64,000 nucleotides of DNA from an uncultured Bacteroidales bacterium (GCA_902790595.1 CADASL010000005.1:28949-92948), one strand, 5' to 3'; positions 46,269 through 56,677 are shown, numbered from the stretch's first letter. Numbers and translations are program-made. The notes: a model not told the origin generated them from the letters alone.

Positions 46269-49200
46269 TTATTTTGCCTCTTCAGCTTTTTTAGCTTGGC
46301 GGTTAAGCAAATCGTAAGTGATTGGCGTTGCCACGAACAGTGAAGAGTAAGTACCAACTGCGATACCAATCATCATTGCGAAGATGAATCCGCGGATAAC
46401 CTCGCCACCGAAGATGAAGATGATAATCAACACCATCAAAGTGGTTACCGAAGTATTGATTGTACGGGCCAAAGTGCTGTTGACGGCTCCGTTCATCACC
46501 TCCTGCAGACTGCGTTTCGATTGCAGACCCATATATTCACGGATGCGGTCGAATACAACCACGGTGTCGTTGATTGAGTAACCAACCACAGTCAGGATGG
46601 CTGCGATGAACGACTGGTCTATCGACATTGAGAACGGCATTATGCTGTAGAGCAGCGAGTACATCGAGAACACGAACAATGTATCGTGAACCAAAGCCAC
46701 CAAACTGCCCACACCGTACTGCCATTTGCGGAAACGGAAGGCGATGTAGAGGAATATCACAATCAGTGAGAATGTGATGGCCAGCGCTGCCGACGACTTG
46801 ATGTCCTCAGCGATTGTGGCGCCCACTTTCTCCGAACTCATACGGTAATCGTTCTTGAATGTGGTGTAAGATGTACCCTCTGGCAGGAATTTGTCCTTCA
46901 AAGCCAAGTAGAACTTAACCTCAACAACCTCGTCAACCGACGGCTCCTGATTGGTGTATTGTGCTGCCTCTGCGTAATCGGCCTCAGTAGCCTCCTCGCC
47001 AGCGGCGAACAGATATTTCGAAGTGATTTTCACCTGCTCGTTGCCACCGTAGGTCTTAACCTCAGGAGTCTGGCCAATCTTCTCGGCAATAGCGTTCTGA
47101 ATCTCGATGGTGTTAACCGGTTTGTCGAAACGAACCACATAAGTGCGGCCACCAGTGAAATCAACACCGAAGTCAAGTCCGCGAGTGCAGAGCGAAATGA
47201 TACCGATGAGAAGAACTGTGCCCGAGATAACGTAGCAAACCTTGCGTGCGCCAATGAAGTTGAACTTGGTGTTCTTGAATGCGTTGGCGGTTGCTGCGGT
47301 AGCAAACGTCGGGGTCTTCTCTTTTGCAAGCATACGCTCGAAAATCAAGCGGGTGATGAAAATTGAAGTGAACAACGATGCAAGGATACCAATGCTCAAG
47401 GTTACAGCGAAACCGTGGATTGGGCCTTCGCCGAATTTACCAAGAACAAATGCTGTCAGCAAGGTTGTGATGTTTGAGTCGAGAATTGCCGAGTAAGCAT
47501 TGCTGTAACCATCTTTGATGGCCAGTTTGATGCCCTTGCCTGAGGCGATTTCCTCCTTAATACGTTCGTAGATAAGCACGTTCGAGTCGACGGCCATACC
47601 AAGTGTCAGCACGATACCAGCGATACCCGACAATGTGAGGACAGCGCCCAACGAAGCAAGCACTCCGAAGATGAAGAACACGTTCAAGAGCAAGGCAAGG
47701 TTTGCGGCCATACCACCTGTACGATAGTAGAGCAACATATATACAAGCACTACTACGAAGGCCAGAACAAACGACCACATACCTTTATTAATTGACTCCT
47801 GACCAAGTGACGGACCAACGATGGTCTCCTGCTCGATGCGTGCAGGTGCCGGCATCTTACCAGATTTCAGAATGTTGGCCAAGTCTTTTGCCTCAGCAAC
47901 TGTGAAGTTACCAGTAATTGACGAGCGGCCGCCCTTGATTTCCGACTGAACTGTCGGGTAGCTGTAAACATAGTTGTCAAGAACGATGGCAACACTCTTG
48001 CCGATGTTCTCTTTTGTGATGCGGGCCCATTTGCGTGCGCCCTCAGCGTTCATACTCATTGAAACCTCTGAAACGCCACGACCTTGTGCGTACTCGTCAG
48101 AAGCGTCGGTTACTACATCGCCCGAAAGAGCAGGCTGGCCGTCGCGGCTTGTAACCTTGATGGCGATAAGTTCGAAGTAGTTGCCACCCTCGTCGAACGA
48201 CTTAACGCTCCACAGAAGTTTCAGGTTGCGCGGGAACAAAGCCTTAACAAGCGGCTCGTTCAACATTGCGTTAACAGCTGCAGTATCTTTAAAGTGAGCA
48301 AAACCAACTGCAGCACCCGGACGAAGACGTCCGTCCTGAGTGTAATACGGATTCAAAACTGAGTACAGAGGATAGTTCTTTGCCACTTCAGCGTTCGAAG
48401 CATCGGCATTAACGGCTGTTGTGTCAGCGGCAAGTTTGTCAATCAGTGAGTTCGACTCCTCTGCCGGAGCGGCTTTCTGCTCATCAGCAGGTGCGGCTTC
48501 GTCGGCAGTCTTGTTCTCAGCCTCTTTCAAATCGTTGATTTCCTTGATTTTGGCATTAGCCTCAGCCAGATATTGCTGAACTTCAGTGTTGTCATAAGTT
48601 TCCCAGAACTCCAGGTTTGCGGTTCCCTGCAACAGCTTGCGGACACGCTCCGAGTCTTTGATACCCGGCAGCTCAACCAAGATGCGGCCGGTGTTGCCCA
48701 GACGCTGGATGTTTGGCTGTGCCACGCCGAAACGGTCGATACGTGTGCGGAGGATTTGGAACGAGTTTGCGATTGCAGCCTCTGTCTCATCACGAAGCAC
48801 ATTCAAAACTTCAGCGTTGGTCGAGTTGAAATTCACCTTGTCTTTCAGCACAGTGGTGTTGAAGATGGCCGCCAGTTTTGCGTTGGGGTCAATCTTCTCG
48901 AAACTCTGACCGAACAGCGTTACAAAGTTGGTCTGTCCGCCTTCAGCCTTCTGCGCTTTCTTGGCCATATCAATAGCCTCAAGGAAAGTGGTGTCGGTGC
49001 TGTAGTTCGACAGCGACTTGATTACGTCAACCACGCTCACCTCAAGAATGACGTTCATACCGCCCTTCAGGTCAAGACCGAGGTTGATTTCACGCTCTTT
49101 GCACTCGCGGTAGGTGAAATTCTTCAGGAAGAAGAAGTTGTAAACCGGTGTACTCGACAGTGAATCAAGGTAATTGTTGTACTTTACCAGATTCAAATTG

Positions 49201-49331
49201 CCATCGGCTTCTGTTGCGATAGCCGTGGCTTTTTTCTCTTCACGCGTTGTTACTACTGTAAAAAACAATTGATACAGACACACTAAAACAAGTGCGATAG
49301 CAACAAATCTAATAGCTCCTTTATTCTGCAT
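46269..49331 (-). CDS. secDF: Protein translocase subunit SecDF (fused)
   Basis: 1020 aa. The SecD part has GLDLKGGMNVILEV and a periplasmic domain. Two 6-TM bundles are present (LTLSGIAGIVLTLGMAVDSNVLIYERI and VGYSINDTVVVFDRIRE). Confidence 0.93.
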   Translation of the reverse strand: MQNKGAIRFVAIALVLVCLYQLFFTVVTTREEKKATAIATEADGNLNLVKYNNYLDSLSSTPVYNFFFLKNFTYRECKEREINLGLDLKGGMNVILEVSVVDVIKSLSNYSTDTTFLEAIDMAKKAQKAEGGQTNFVTLFGQSFEKIDPNAKLAAIFNTTVLKDKVNFNSTNAEVLNVLRDETEAAIANSFQILRTRIDRFGVAQPNIQRLGNTGRILVELPGIKDSERVRKLLQGTANLEFWETYDNTEVQQYLAEANAKIKEINDLKEAENKTADEAAPADEQKAAPAEESNSLIDKLAADTTAVNADASNAEVAKNYPLYSVLNPYYTQDGRLRPGAAVGFAHFKDTAAVNAMLNEPLVKALFPRNLKLLWSVKSFDEGGNYFELIAIKVTSRDGQPALSGDVVTDASDEYAQGRGVSEVSMSMNAEGARKWARITKENIGKSVAIVLDNYVYSYPTVQSEIKGGRSSITGNFTVAEAKDLANILKSGKMPAPARIEQETIVGPSLGQESINKGMWSFVLAFVVVLVYMLLYYRTGGMAANLALLLNVFFIFGVLASLGAVLTLSGIAGIVLTLGMAVDSNVLIYERIKEEIASGKGIKLAIKDGYSNAYSAILDSNITTLLTAFVLGKFGEGPIHGFAVTLSIGILASLFTSIFITRLIFERMLAKEKTPTFATAATANAFKNTKFNFIGARKVCYVISGTVLLIGIISLCTRGLDFGVDFTGGRTYVVRFDKPVNTIEIQNAIAEKIGQTPEVKTYGGNEQVKITSKYLFAAGEEATEADYAEAAQYTNQEPSVDEVVEVKFYLALKDKFLPEGTSYTTFKNDYRMSSEKVGATIAEDIKSSAALAITFSLIVIFLYIAFRFRKWQYGVGSLVALVHDTLFVFSMYSLLYSIMPFSMSIDQSFIAAILTVVGYSINDTVVVFDRIREYMGLQSKRSLQEVMNGAVNSTLARTINTSVTTLMVLIIIFIFGGEVIRGFIFAMMIGIAVGTYSSLFVATPITYDLLNRQAKKAEEAK

Positions 49332-49560
49332 TTTTAAATAGTGTTATTGAATTCCAAAATGTTTTCCGGCAACGCCGGTTTTTGCTTAAAGCACGCAAAT
49401 ATATCGGTTTTTTTAAAAAAGCGAAACAAAATTACTTTGCTCCGAATTGTTGTTACAAATCATTTTAAATCGATAATTTTCAATCGGTTATTTCGTGTCG
49501 AAAAACAACATCGGGCGAACATCGCCGCACCTATATAATATTAGGTGCCGAAACAAAGGC

Positions 49561-49593
49561 CGAAAAACAAAGAAGCCGCAAGCAATTTGCGGC
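49561..49593 (-). terminator. Rho-independent terminator downstream of rho
   Basis: The minus strand reads gccgcaa-attgc-ttgcggc followed by ttctttgttttt (stem 49575-49581 / 49587-49593). It lies about 20 nt after the stop at 49614. Confidence 0.7.
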
Positions 49594-49613
49594 CTCTTCC
49601 GGTTTATTCTGCG

Positions 49614-51434
49614 TTATGAGTTCATCGAAATGAAGAACTCCTCGTTGTTTCGTGTTCTGGCCAGACGGTCGCGAAGGAACTGCATAGCCTCCACCGAGTT
49701 CATATCCGACAGGTGGTTGCGCAGAACCCACATACGGCTGAGCGTGTCCTTGTCCACGAGCAGGTCGTCGCGGCGGGTACTGCTCAAGTTGATGTCCACT
49801 GCCGGATAGATGCGCTTGTTCGACAGCTTGCGGTCGAGCTGCAACTCCATATTGCCGGTGCCCTTGAACTCCTCGAAAATCACCTCGTCCATCTTTGAAC
49901 CGGTTTCGGTCAGGGCTGTTGCCAGGATGGTGAGCGAACCGCCGTTCTCAATGTTGCGGGCAGCGCCGAAGAAGCGTTTCGGCTTGTGCAGCGCGTTGGC
50001 ATCCACACCACCCGAAAGCACCTTGCCCGATGCGGGCGAAACAGTGTTATAGGCACGCGCCAGACGGGTGATTGAGTCGAGCAGGATGACCACATCGTGG
50101 CCGCACTCAACAAGGCGTTTGGCCTTCTCAAGCACGATTGACGACACTTTCACGTGTTTTTCGGCCGGCTCGTCGAATGTTGATGCGATAACCTCGCCGT
50201 TCACGCTGCGAGCCATATCAGTAACCTCCTCAGGACGCTCGTCGATGAGCAGAACAATGAGGTAAACCTCTGGGTGATTGTATGCGATTGCGTTTGCTAT
50301 CTCTTTGAGCAATACGGTTTTACCAGTCTTCGGCTGAGCCACAATCAAACCGCGCTGTCCCTTGCCAATCGGCGAGAACATATCAACAACGCGAGTGGAG
50401 ATTGAGCATTGCGGATGGCTTGTGAGGTCGAATTTCTCCTCCGGGAAGAGCGGTGTGAGGAAGTCGAACGGCACGCGGTCGCGGATGCTCTCCGGCGTGC
50501 AGCCGTTGATGGTCTCAACCTTGATGAGCGGGAAGTACTTCTCGCCCTCTTTCGGCGGACGGATGGTACCGGTAACGGTGTCGCCGGTCTTCAAACCGAA
50601 AAGTTTAATCTGCGACTGGCTCACATAAACGTCGTCGGGCGAGTTCAGGTAGTTGTAGTCCGACGAGCGGAGGAATCCGTAGCCGTCCTGCATCAGTTCA
50701 AGCACGCCAGTGGCGCTGATGAGCTGGTCGAACTCGTATTTCTTATCGTCCTCTTTCGGCTGAGGATTGTTATTATTCTGATTCTGAAGCTGATTTTGCG
50801 GCTGTGACTGATTTTGGCCGTGATTCTCGCGCGCCCCGTTTTGCGGACGGTGCTGATGACGCTGCTGGAACTCGCCTTGCTGCTGGAACTCGCGGCGCGG
50901 TGCCGGCTCCGAGGCTGCACGCTCACCCTCGGCGGCTGCCGTGTCTGCGTGACTCTGCTGCGCCGGCGACGACGGTTTCTGTCCGAAAGGCCTTGCATCG
51001 CGCTCCTGACGCGGATAACGCGACCAGTATTTTTCAACAGGTGAATTGGCTGCCGTAGATTGAGTGGCCGCCGATGATGGTGCCGGTGTCGGCTCATCAT
51101 CGTCCATTCGGTTGCGGTCGGCGTACGAAGGCACGGTGATTACGCGTTTTGGAGCCTCAACCTTCTCGGTTGTTGCCTCATTGTCGGCATTGAGCGACAC
51201 GCCCATCACGCGCTCTGCTCGTCCGCCAAGACGGGTGCGCTTGCGTGGCTGACGGTCGGTGTTTACTGCCGTCGGCTCAGCGCTTTTGCCTGCCTGCGCG
51301 CCTTGCACCTCAAGGATTTTAGCTATTAACTCTTTTTTCTTCAGAAGCTCAACTCGCTTCATTCCCAAGCCTTTAGCAATGATTCTCAACTCGGGAAGAA
51401 GTTTATCGTTCAACGATAAATTATCGTAACTCAT
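49614..51434 (-). CDS. rho: Transcription termination factor Rho with long low-complexity insertion in the N-terminal region
   Basis: 606 aa. It has a Rho N-terminal helical motif ([18 protein letters not shown]), a CSD-like RNA-binding part ([15 protein letters not shown]), Walker A (AQPKTGKT) and the conserved C-terminus. Between residues ~60 and ~235 lies a Q/N/P/R/A-rich segment. Confidence 0.95.
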   Translation of the reverse strand: MSYDNLSLNDKLLPELRIIAKGLGMKRVELLKKKELIAKILEVQGAQAGKSAEPTAVNTDRQPRKRTRLGGRAERVMGVSLNADNEATTEKVEAPKRVITVPSYADRNRMDDDEPTPAPSSAATQSTAANSPVEKYWSRYPRQERDARPFGQKPSSPAQQSHADTAAAEGERAASEPAPRREFQQQGEFQQRHQHRPQNGARENHGQNQSQPQNQLQNQNNNNPQPKEDDKKYEFDQLISATGVLELMQDGYGFLRSSDYNYLNSPDDVYVSQSQIKLFGLKTGDTVTGTIRPPKEGEKYFPLIKVETINGCTPESIRDRVPFDFLTPLFPEEKFDLTSHPQCSISTRVVDMFSPIGKGQRGLIVAQPKTGKTVLLKEIANAIAYNHPEVYLIVLLIDERPEEVTDMARSVNGEVIASTFDEPAEKHVKVSSIVLEKAKRLVECGHDVVILLDSITRLARAYNTVSPASGKVLSGGVDANALHKPKRFFGAARNIENGGSLTILATALTETGSKMDEVIFEEFKGTGNMELQLDRKLSNKRIYPAVDINLSSTRRDDLLVDKDTLSRMWVLRNHLSDMNSVEAMQFLRDRLARTRNNEEFFISMNS

Positions 51435-51675
51435 AATATAAATGATTGTAATAGAATTGATTACAAAATTTCAGTGATTGTTCGAAAAGGAATTCAAAAA
51501 AAAATGAATTGATTTTGTTTGGATAGAACTATCCGCGCCTTTTGAAAACGGTGCAATTTTAGTGATAAATTGCTTTCGTGCAAACAAAAAACAAAAAAAA
51601 GTTCCATTCAGGCACGCCCAAGGCGTAATATACCGCCGTTTTGTTACCTTTGGGCTCGTTATAATAAAAATAGGT

Positions 51676-53295
51676 ATGCGAAAAATATTGATTGCAATAG
51701 CAGCCATTGTGCTGACAATGAGCGCGCAAGCGCAACGCGGCAACCGGGAGCAGAATTTCAAGATGAACCGCGTTCTCGACCTCATCGACAACCTTTACGT
51801 TGATACCGCCAATATGCAGAAACTGGTTGAAACGGGCATTGTTGCAATGCTTAAGGAACTTGACCCGCACTCGGTTTACATCACGCAGGACGATGTGAAG
51901 GCGATGAACGAGCCGCTTGAAGGCAATTTCGAGGGCATCGGCATCCAGTTCAGCATTCTGAACGACACGCTGATGATTGTGGCCGTGATTCCCGGCGGAC
52001 CGTCGGAGCGCGTGGGCCTGATGGCCGGCGACCGTATTATATATGTGGATACGGCCAACATTGCCGGCGTGGGCCTCACCAACCAGATGGTGCAGAAGAA
52101 ACTGCGCGGCAAAAAGGGCACAGTGGTTGGCGTGAGAGTACTGCGCCACGGAAGCAAAGATTTGATTGACTTCAAGATAACACGCGACAAAATTCCAATC
52201 TACAGCGTTGATGCGGCTTATATGATTGACGCAAAAGCGGGCATCGGATACATCAAAATCAACAAGTTTGCGGCCACCACCACAAGTGAGTTCAACACGG
52301 CCGTCGGCAAATTGCGCAAGCAGGGGCTGAAACACCTGATTGTGGACCTGACCGACAACGGCGGCGGCTACCTGAACACCGGTTTCGACCTTGCAAGCCA
52401 GTTCCTGCAAAGCGGCAAGATGGTGGTGTTCACGCAAGGCACCAAAATGCCACGCCAGAACTACTACACCGAATCGGGCCACAGCGAGAAGGATTTTGGC
52501 AAGGTTGTGGTGATGGTAAACGAGAATTCGGCATCGGCAAGCGAGATTGTGTCAGGCGCGCTGCAAGACTGGGACCGCGCCGTGCTGGTGGGGCGCCGCA
52601 CCTTCGGCAAAGGCCTGGTTCAGAACCAGTTCCCCCTACCCGACGGCTCAATGATGCGACTCACCGTGGCCCGCTACTATACCCCGACCGGCCGCTGCAT
52701 CCAACGCTCGTACAAAGACGGCGTTGACGAGTACAACAAAGAATTCGACAAACGCTACAACGACGGCGAGCTCTACAGCGCCGACTCAATCCATCTGCCC
52801 ACAGGCGAGAAATACTTCACCAAAGTGAACAACCGCGTGGTGTATGGCGGCGGCGGCATTATGCCCGACGTGTTTGTGTCAATCGACACCACCTACACAT
52901 CGAAATACTACGTGAAGATGGTGCGCCACGGAATCTTCAACCGATTCGTTCTCAACTATATCGATAACAATCGCGCCGAGCTGGAGAAGAAATACAAACC
53001 GACCAAAACCGACAAGGACTTCAAGCTGTTCGACGAGAAATTCACCGTCACCGATGAGTTCCTGAAACAGCTGACCGACTTTGCCGAAAAGGAGAAACTG
53101 CCGTTCGACGAGAAAGACTTTGAACGCAGCAAAGAGCATATGCGCGTGAACCTGAAAGCCGCCATTGCCCGCGACCTCTACGATTCGGGCGAGTACTATC
53201 AGATTATCAACCGCATCGACCCCATCTTTAAAGAGGCCGTGAAGGTTATAAAAGACGACAAGCTGTATAACGCGGAACTTCAGCCGAGCAAATAG
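51676..53295 (+). CDS. S41-family C-terminal processing peptidase
   Basis: I start at the internal ATG 51676 (MRKILIAIAAIVLTMSAQAQ, a signal peptide). It has a PDZ segment (GIGIQF...VIPGGPSERVGLMAGDRI) and the catalytic NENSASASEI...GRRTFGKG. Confidence 0.9.
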   Translation: MRKILIAIAAIVLTMSAQAQRGNREQNFKMNRVLDLIDNLYVDTANMQKLVETGIVAMLKELDPHSVYITQDDVKAMNEPLEGNFEGIGIQFSILNDTLMIVAVIPGGPSERVGLMAGDRIIYVDTANIAGVGLTNQMVQKKLRGKKGTVVGVRVLRHGSKDLIDFKITRDKIPIYSVDAAYMIDAKAGIGYIKINKFAATTTSEFNTAVGKLRKQGLKHLIVDLTDNGGGYLNTGFDLASQFLQSGKMVVFTQGTKMPRQNYYTESGHSEKDFGKVVVMVNENSASASEIVSGALQDWDRAVLVGRRTFGKGLVQNQFPLPDGSMMRLTVARYYTPTGRCIQRSYKDGVDEYNKEFDKRYNDGELYSADSIHLPTGEKYFTKVNNRVVYGGGGIMPDVFVSIDTTYTSKYYVKMVRHGIFNRFVLNYIDNNRAELEKKYKPTKTDKDFKLFDEKFTVTDEFLKQLTDFAEKEKLPFDEKDFERSKEHMRVNLKAAIARDLYDSGEYYQIINRIDPIFKEAVKVIKDDKLYNAELQPSK

Positions 53296-53301
53296 CGCAA
53301 C

Positions 53302-53883
53302 GTGATTAACTGGATTACAAGCAATTGGCTCGAACTGTTCGGCGTGGTGTCAACCATCGTCTACCTTGTTCTGTCCATCCGTCAGAGCATCTGGCTGTGG
53401 CCGCTGGGCGCGCTCTCGTCGGCAATCTACATTGCCGTGTACTTTGCCAACAAGTTCTACGCCGATATGGGGCTGCAGACTTACTACCTGATTATCAGCA
53501 TCTACGGCTTTGTGGCGTGGCTTGCGCACAAGAACCGCGAAGGCCGCGAACTGGCCGTGAGCCGCACCACAGCAAGGCAATGGCTCGTTTTGGGAATCAT
53601 CACCGCCGCCATCTGGGGTGCGCTTTACGCGATTCTGACCCTGTTCACCGACTCGCCCGTGCCTGTCGGCGACTCGTTCACAACCGCGCTGGCCATCACC
53701 GCCACCTGGATGCTCACCCGCAAAATGATTGAGCAGTGGCTCGTGTTCATCGTGGCCGACGCCGTCTCGGTGGCGCTCTACTTCACGCGCTCGATGCCGC
53801 TCACCGCATTCCTATATATAATATATACAACAATGGCCGTTGTGGGCTACCTGAAATGGCGGAAAGAACTGATACAAAGATAA
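53302..53883 (+). CDS. pnuC: Nicotinamide riboside transporter PnuC
   Basis: 193 aa with a GTG start and 7 TM helices. WLELFGVVSTIVYLVLSIRQSIWLWPLGALSSAIYI is typical of PnuC. Confidence 0.85.
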   Translation: MINWITSNWLELFGVVSTIVYLVLSIRQSIWLWPLGALSSAIYIAVYFANKFYADMGLQTYYLIISIYGFVAWLAHKNREGRELAVSRTTARQWLVLGIITAAIWGALYAILTLFTDSPVPVGDSFTTALAITATWMLTRKMIEQWLVFIVADAVSVALYFTRSMPLTAFLYIIYTTMAVVGYLKWRKELIQR

Positions 53884-54386
53884 TTGTGGCCACTGGTGCC
53901 GAATCGACGGGCAAAACCGAACTCTGCCGATTTTTAGCCCAAACGCTTGATATTCCGTGGGTTCCAGAACTGGCGCGCGGCTACGTTGAGCAGTTGGGCC
54001 GCCCCTACTCTTACGATGATGTGGTTGAGATTGCCCGTCTGCAGATTGCCGAATTTGAGCGCGCCACTACCGCTGGTCACTCTGCCGTTTTGTTCGATAC
54101 CGACCTGATTATCACCAAAGTATGGTTCGATGTGGTTTACGGCCGCTGCCCCGAGTGGATTCCCGAAGCCATCCGTTCGCATCCCGCCACGCTGCATCTG
54201 CTTTGCCTGCCCGATATTCCCTGGGTGCCCGACCCCGTGCGCGAAAACGGCGGCCCGATGCGCGATAAACTATCGGCCATCTATCGTAACGAGCTGGAAA
54301 CGTTTGGTTTGCCGTATGCCGAAGTGAACGGCAACGGCGATGAGCGACGGAATTGTGCCTTGATGGCGGTGAAAAAAGTGCTGTAA
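53856..54386 (+). CDS. NadR-type P-loop kinase (ribosylnicotinamide kinase-like ATPase)
   Basis: The internal ATG 53856 gives MAERTDTKIIVATGAESTGKTELCRFLA (Walker A). It overlaps the pnuC 3' end by 28 nt; pairing with pnuC is the classical context. Confidence 0.75.
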   Translation: MAERTDTKIIVATGAESTGKTELCRFLAQTLDIPWVPELARGYVEQLGRPYSYDDVVEIARLQIAEFERATTAGHSAVLFDTDLIITKVWFDVVYGRCPEWIPEAIRSHPATLHLLCLPDIPWVPDPVRENGGPMRDKLSAIYRNELETFGLPYAEVNGNGDERRNCALMAVKKVL

Positions 54387-54454
54387 AACAGCGTGTTAAA
54401 TCTGACCCGACAAGCAAACATCTGAATTGTAATCACATCTGTAAAAAAACGCGA

Positions 54455-55258
54455 ATGGCTGAAAACTGGGAAATATACGCCGACTGGAATCCGTGGCACG
54501 GCTGCACCAAGATTAGCTCGGGGTGCAAGCATTGCTACGTGTACCGACAAGACGAGATGTACGGCAGCGAAATATCGACCCAGGAATGTCGGAAAACCGC
54601 CAACTTCAACCTTCCCGTAAAGCGGAAGCGCGACAAGAGCTGGAAGATTGAAAGCGGCAAGATGGTTTTCACCTGCTTCACCTCCGATTTTCTGCTGAAA
54701 GACGCCGACGCGTGGCGCCCCGAGTGCTGGAAGATGATGAAAGAGCGCAGCGACCTCTGGTTCTATTTCTTCACCAAACGCATCGACCGCTTTACGGAGT
54801 GCATCCCCGACGACTGGGGCGACGGCTACGACAATGTGCTTGTGGGCTGCACCGTCGAGGACCAGGAAATGGCCGATTACCGACTGCCGATTTTTCTGTC
54901 GGCCCCCATCAAGCATAAGAGCATTATGGTGGCGCCAATGCTCACCAATGTTGACCTTACGCCCTACCTCACCCCGCAGATTGAGGAAGTGGCCGTCAGC
55001 GGCGAGTCGGGTGTTGACGCGCGACCCTGCAACTACGACTGGATTCTCAACGTGCGCGAACAGTGCATATCGAAAGGCATCGCTTTCCGCTTTCATCAGA
55101 CGGGGGCTCACTTTATCAAGGACGGCAAGATGTACCGCATCCATCGGCGCTTTCAGCTAAGCCAGGCTCACAAGGCGAACATCGATTACAAAATCGGCAA
55201 ATATATGGTGCCCGAAACCATCAGGTTTGAATGGAAGGATGATGACTATCACGAGTGA
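54455..55258 (+). CDS. DUF5131 (phage Gp37/Gp68-like) family protein
   Basis: The internal ATG 54455 gives MAENWEIYADWNPWHGCTKISSGCKHCYVY, the W-x-P-x-x-GC-x(4)-GC-x-x-CY N-terminal motif of this family. Confidence 0.7.
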   Translation: MAENWEIYADWNPWHGCTKISSGCKHCYVYRQDEMYGSEISTQECRKTANFNLPVKRKRDKSWKIESGKMVFTCFTSDFLLKDADAWRPECWKMMKERSDLWFYFFTKRIDRFTECIPDDWGDGYDNVLVGCTVEDQEMADYRLPIFLSAPIKHKSIMVAPMLTNVDLTPYLTPQIEEVAVSGESGVDARPCNYDWILNVREQCISKGIAFRFHQTGAHFIKDGKMYRIHRRFQLSQAHKANIDYKIGKYMVPETIRFEWKDDDYHE

Positions 55259-55328
55259 TAGGATGCGAATTGCACGACATTCGCTGCAAATTTTGAAGTG
55301 AATGTTGGTAAGATTCGCTTCATTTGCT

Positions 55329-55336
55329 TATTTTTG
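55329..55336 (+). promoter_or_regulatory. Possible Bacteroides -7 promoter box (TATTTTTG) for the fic gene
   Basis: It matches TAnnTTTG and lies 19 nt upstream of the ATG at 55355. No well-spaced -33 TTTG is present. Confidence 0.3.
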
Positions 55337-55354
55337 CAAGAAAATAAGTGAGTT

Positions 55355-56464
55355 ATGAAACCGCATTACATCTGGCAATATCCCGACTGGCCTAATTTTC
55401 GTTGGGAAACCGACAAAATAATGAACCTTCTTTCCGAAGTGCGTCTTCAGGAAGGGCGCATTACAGGGATGATGGATGGCTTAGGATTCGAAGTTCAGAC
55501 AAAAACATCACTTGACGTGATGACTGAAGATGTTATCCGTTCCAATGAGATTGAAGGTGTTTTGCTGAATGCCGATAGAGTACGGTCTTCAGTTGCCAGG
55601 CATCTTGGCATTTCAACGGAAGGACTACCTGAGCCGGACCATTACACTGATGGTGTTGTGCAGGTAATGATTGATGCTGTCAGCAACTATTCTGATGAAC
55701 TAACCGAACAGCGCCTTTTTAATTGGCACGCAGCCTTGTTCCCAACTGGGCGAAGCGGCATAACCCCCATAACAGTGGCGGGATGGCGAGTTGGCGAAGA
55801 GCCAATGCAAGTGGTTTCTGGCACGCTCGGCAAAGAGAAGGTTCATTACGAAGCCCCGGCATCAGCCGATGTGCCAAAAGAGATGGCGCGTTTTCTGGAT
55901 TGGATTAACAATGAAAAGACTTCCGACCCTATTCTAAAAGCGGCTGTTGCGCATCTGTGGTTTGTCGCCATCCATCCATTCGACGACGGAAATGGCCGAC
56001 TAACCAGGACAATCACCGATATGCTGCTCGCCCGTGCCGATGGTATGCCACATCGCTACTACAGTATGTCAGCCACAATTCTCAAGAGTAAGAACAAATA
56101 CTATGAAGCGTTGGAAAACACCACAGTGGGCAATGTTGATATTACATTGTGGCTTGAATGGTTTCTTCAAACCTTAAAAGGTGCAATGGAACACAGCGAA
56201 GTTGTTGTCAGCCGCGTGGTTAAAAAATCGTTGTTCTGGCAAGAGCACCGCAATGTGGCTATGAACAAGCGCCAAGTTAAGGTTGTGAACAAATTGTGGG
56301 ACGGATTCGAAGGCAAACTCACAACCGACAAATGGGCTAAACTTTGCAAAACCTCGCAGGCTACCGCTCTCCGTGATATCAACGATTTGATTGACAAAGG
56401 CATTTTGGTAAAAGGTGCGGAAGGCAGCAAGAATACCAGTTATGTTCTTTTGGAAGATAAGTAA
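55355..56464 (+). CDS. Fic-family protein (class II, intramolecular inhibitory helix) with C-terminal wHTH-like domain
   Basis: 369 aa. It has the Fic motif IHPFDDGNGRLTRT (HxFx[DE]GNGRxxR) and an upstream SNEIEG matching the inhibitory (S/T)xxxE(G/N) motif. Confidence 0.9.
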   Translation: MKPHYIWQYPDWPNFRWETDKIMNLLSEVRLQEGRITGMMDGLGFEVQTKTSLDVMTEDVIRSNEIEGVLLNADRVRSSVARHLGISTEGLPEPDHYTDGVVQVMIDAVSNYSDELTEQRLFNWHAALFPTGRSGITPITVAGWRVGEEPMQVVSGTLGKEKVHYEAPASADVPKEMARFLDWINNEKTSDPILKAAVAHLWFVAIHPFDDGNGRLTRTITDMLLARADGMPHRYYSMSATILKSKNKYYEALENTTVGNVDITLWLEWFLQTLKGAMEHSEVVVSRVVKKSLFWQEHRNVAMNKRQVKVVNKLWDGFEGKLTTDKWAKLCKTSQATALRDINDLIDKGILVKGAEGSKNTSYVLLEDK

Positions 56465-56480
56465 GGGAGGAGAACAAAAC

Positions 56481-56515
56481 GGGCGGAACCGATGATTTTT
56501 TAGCCGATTCCGCCC
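56481..56515 (+). terminator. Hairpin downstream of fic (possible terminator)
   Basis: gggcggaa...ttccgccc forms an 8-bp GC-rich stem (56481-56488 / 56508-56515) with a 19-nt loop, followed by the moderately T-rich tgattgtgtttgcttatttt. Confidence 0.4.
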
Positions 56516-56677
56516 TGATTGTGTTTGCTTATTTTCTAATCTAACGGGTCTGGCTCATCGTTTTCTATACTTTCTACGAGCGAGGCATCGAAGGCCAGGA
56601 ACACTTCAAGGAAAGCAGTCTCGCGGTAGAAATAGTTGGGGTCGTCGGTTAGTTTGTATTGCGATAATCCTCTATTT

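Noticed and set aside
48573-49163. 196-aa plus-strand ORF and several 60-135-aa ORFs on both strands within secDF and rho (e.g. 46959-47366, 50409-50807, 50693-51100)
   Set aside because: They overlap strongly supported essential genes. They arise from GC-rich or repetitive codon usage, including the low-complexity Rho insertion.
49528-49549. Perfect 7-bp-stem palindrome gcaccta-tataatat-taggtgc between secDF and rho
   Set aside because: It is an isolated AT-loop hairpin in the secDF promoter region, with no T-run and no second copy in the window. The evidence is insufficient to call it an operator or terminator.
51559-52482. 307-aa minus-strand ORF overlapping the S41 peptidase gene
   Set aside because: It is antisense to a gene with clear PDZ and catalytic motifs. 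The translation is A/V/H/R/G-rich without motifs, so it is a shadow ORF.
54281-55144. 287-aa minus-strand ORF overlapping the DUF5131 gene
   Set aside because: It is antisense to an ORF carrying the diagnostic GC-x4-GC-x2-CY N-terminal motif. The sequence is A/V/G/R/L-rich, so it is a shadow ORF.
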